Program-made: the position numbers and the translations under genes | Shown here: in pieces, positions 63,831 to 64,000 of the stretch | Layout of the letters: the number at the start of each line of letters is the position of its first letter | How positions within the stretch are numbered: position 1 is the first letter of the stretch | Origin: Octopus vulgaris | Taxonomy: Eukaryota | Assembly: GCA_951406725.2 (NCBI GenBank) | Contig: OX597818.1 | Coordinates: 131,006,001-131,070,000 of the forward strand | Reading direction: 5' to 3' | DNA length: 64,000 bases | Notes under the pieces: generated by a model | What the model was told of the DNA's origin: nothing | The model's database searches: none | What the model saw: only the letters and a program-made list of their open reading frames with translations

Positions 63831-64000
63831 ATTTCTGCATTTTTAGATAGCATACAATGAATGTGGACGATTGACACTGTAAACATCAGCTTCATAATCA
63901 CAGTAAACACCAACACAAGGATGATGATCTTCATAAGTATTAATGTCATCGAATTCATCATCAGCTGCATCATCATGATTGTTTTAACAACCATATTTCC

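Noticed and set aside
63850-64000. Acidic or Met-rich frames at the window end
   Set aside because: Decayed (GAT/CAT)n with in-frame stops.

Overview
AT-rich eukaryotic non-coding DNA (intronic or intergenic). It is saturated with (TA)n/(CA)n/(TATG)n/triplet microsatellites and transposable elements. The repeat families look like those of a coleoid cephalopod, most likely Octopus; this is an inference from pattern recognition, not a search. No intact protein-coding gene was found: the ORF track is almost entirely microsatellite or transposon translation. The window holds (i) dozens of tRNA-derived SINEs from several modular families, (ii) decayed RTE-clade LINE fragments, (iii) a stack of three R4/Dong-clade LINE relics separated by (TAA)n at 49.2-53.6 kb, and (iv) mariner, hAT, piggyBac-type and Helitron-type non-autonomous DNA elements. 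The most striking signal is a dense set of type-I hammerhead ribozyme motifs from several unrelated sequence families, of the kind carried by Penelope-like elements and retrozymes. Two have a fully canonical core with an unusually long stem II. Six long fold-back palindromes carry hammerheads or hammerhead remnants, always pointing away from the hairpin apex. SINE family letters A-F are my own working labels. Coordinates of degenerate elements are approximate.
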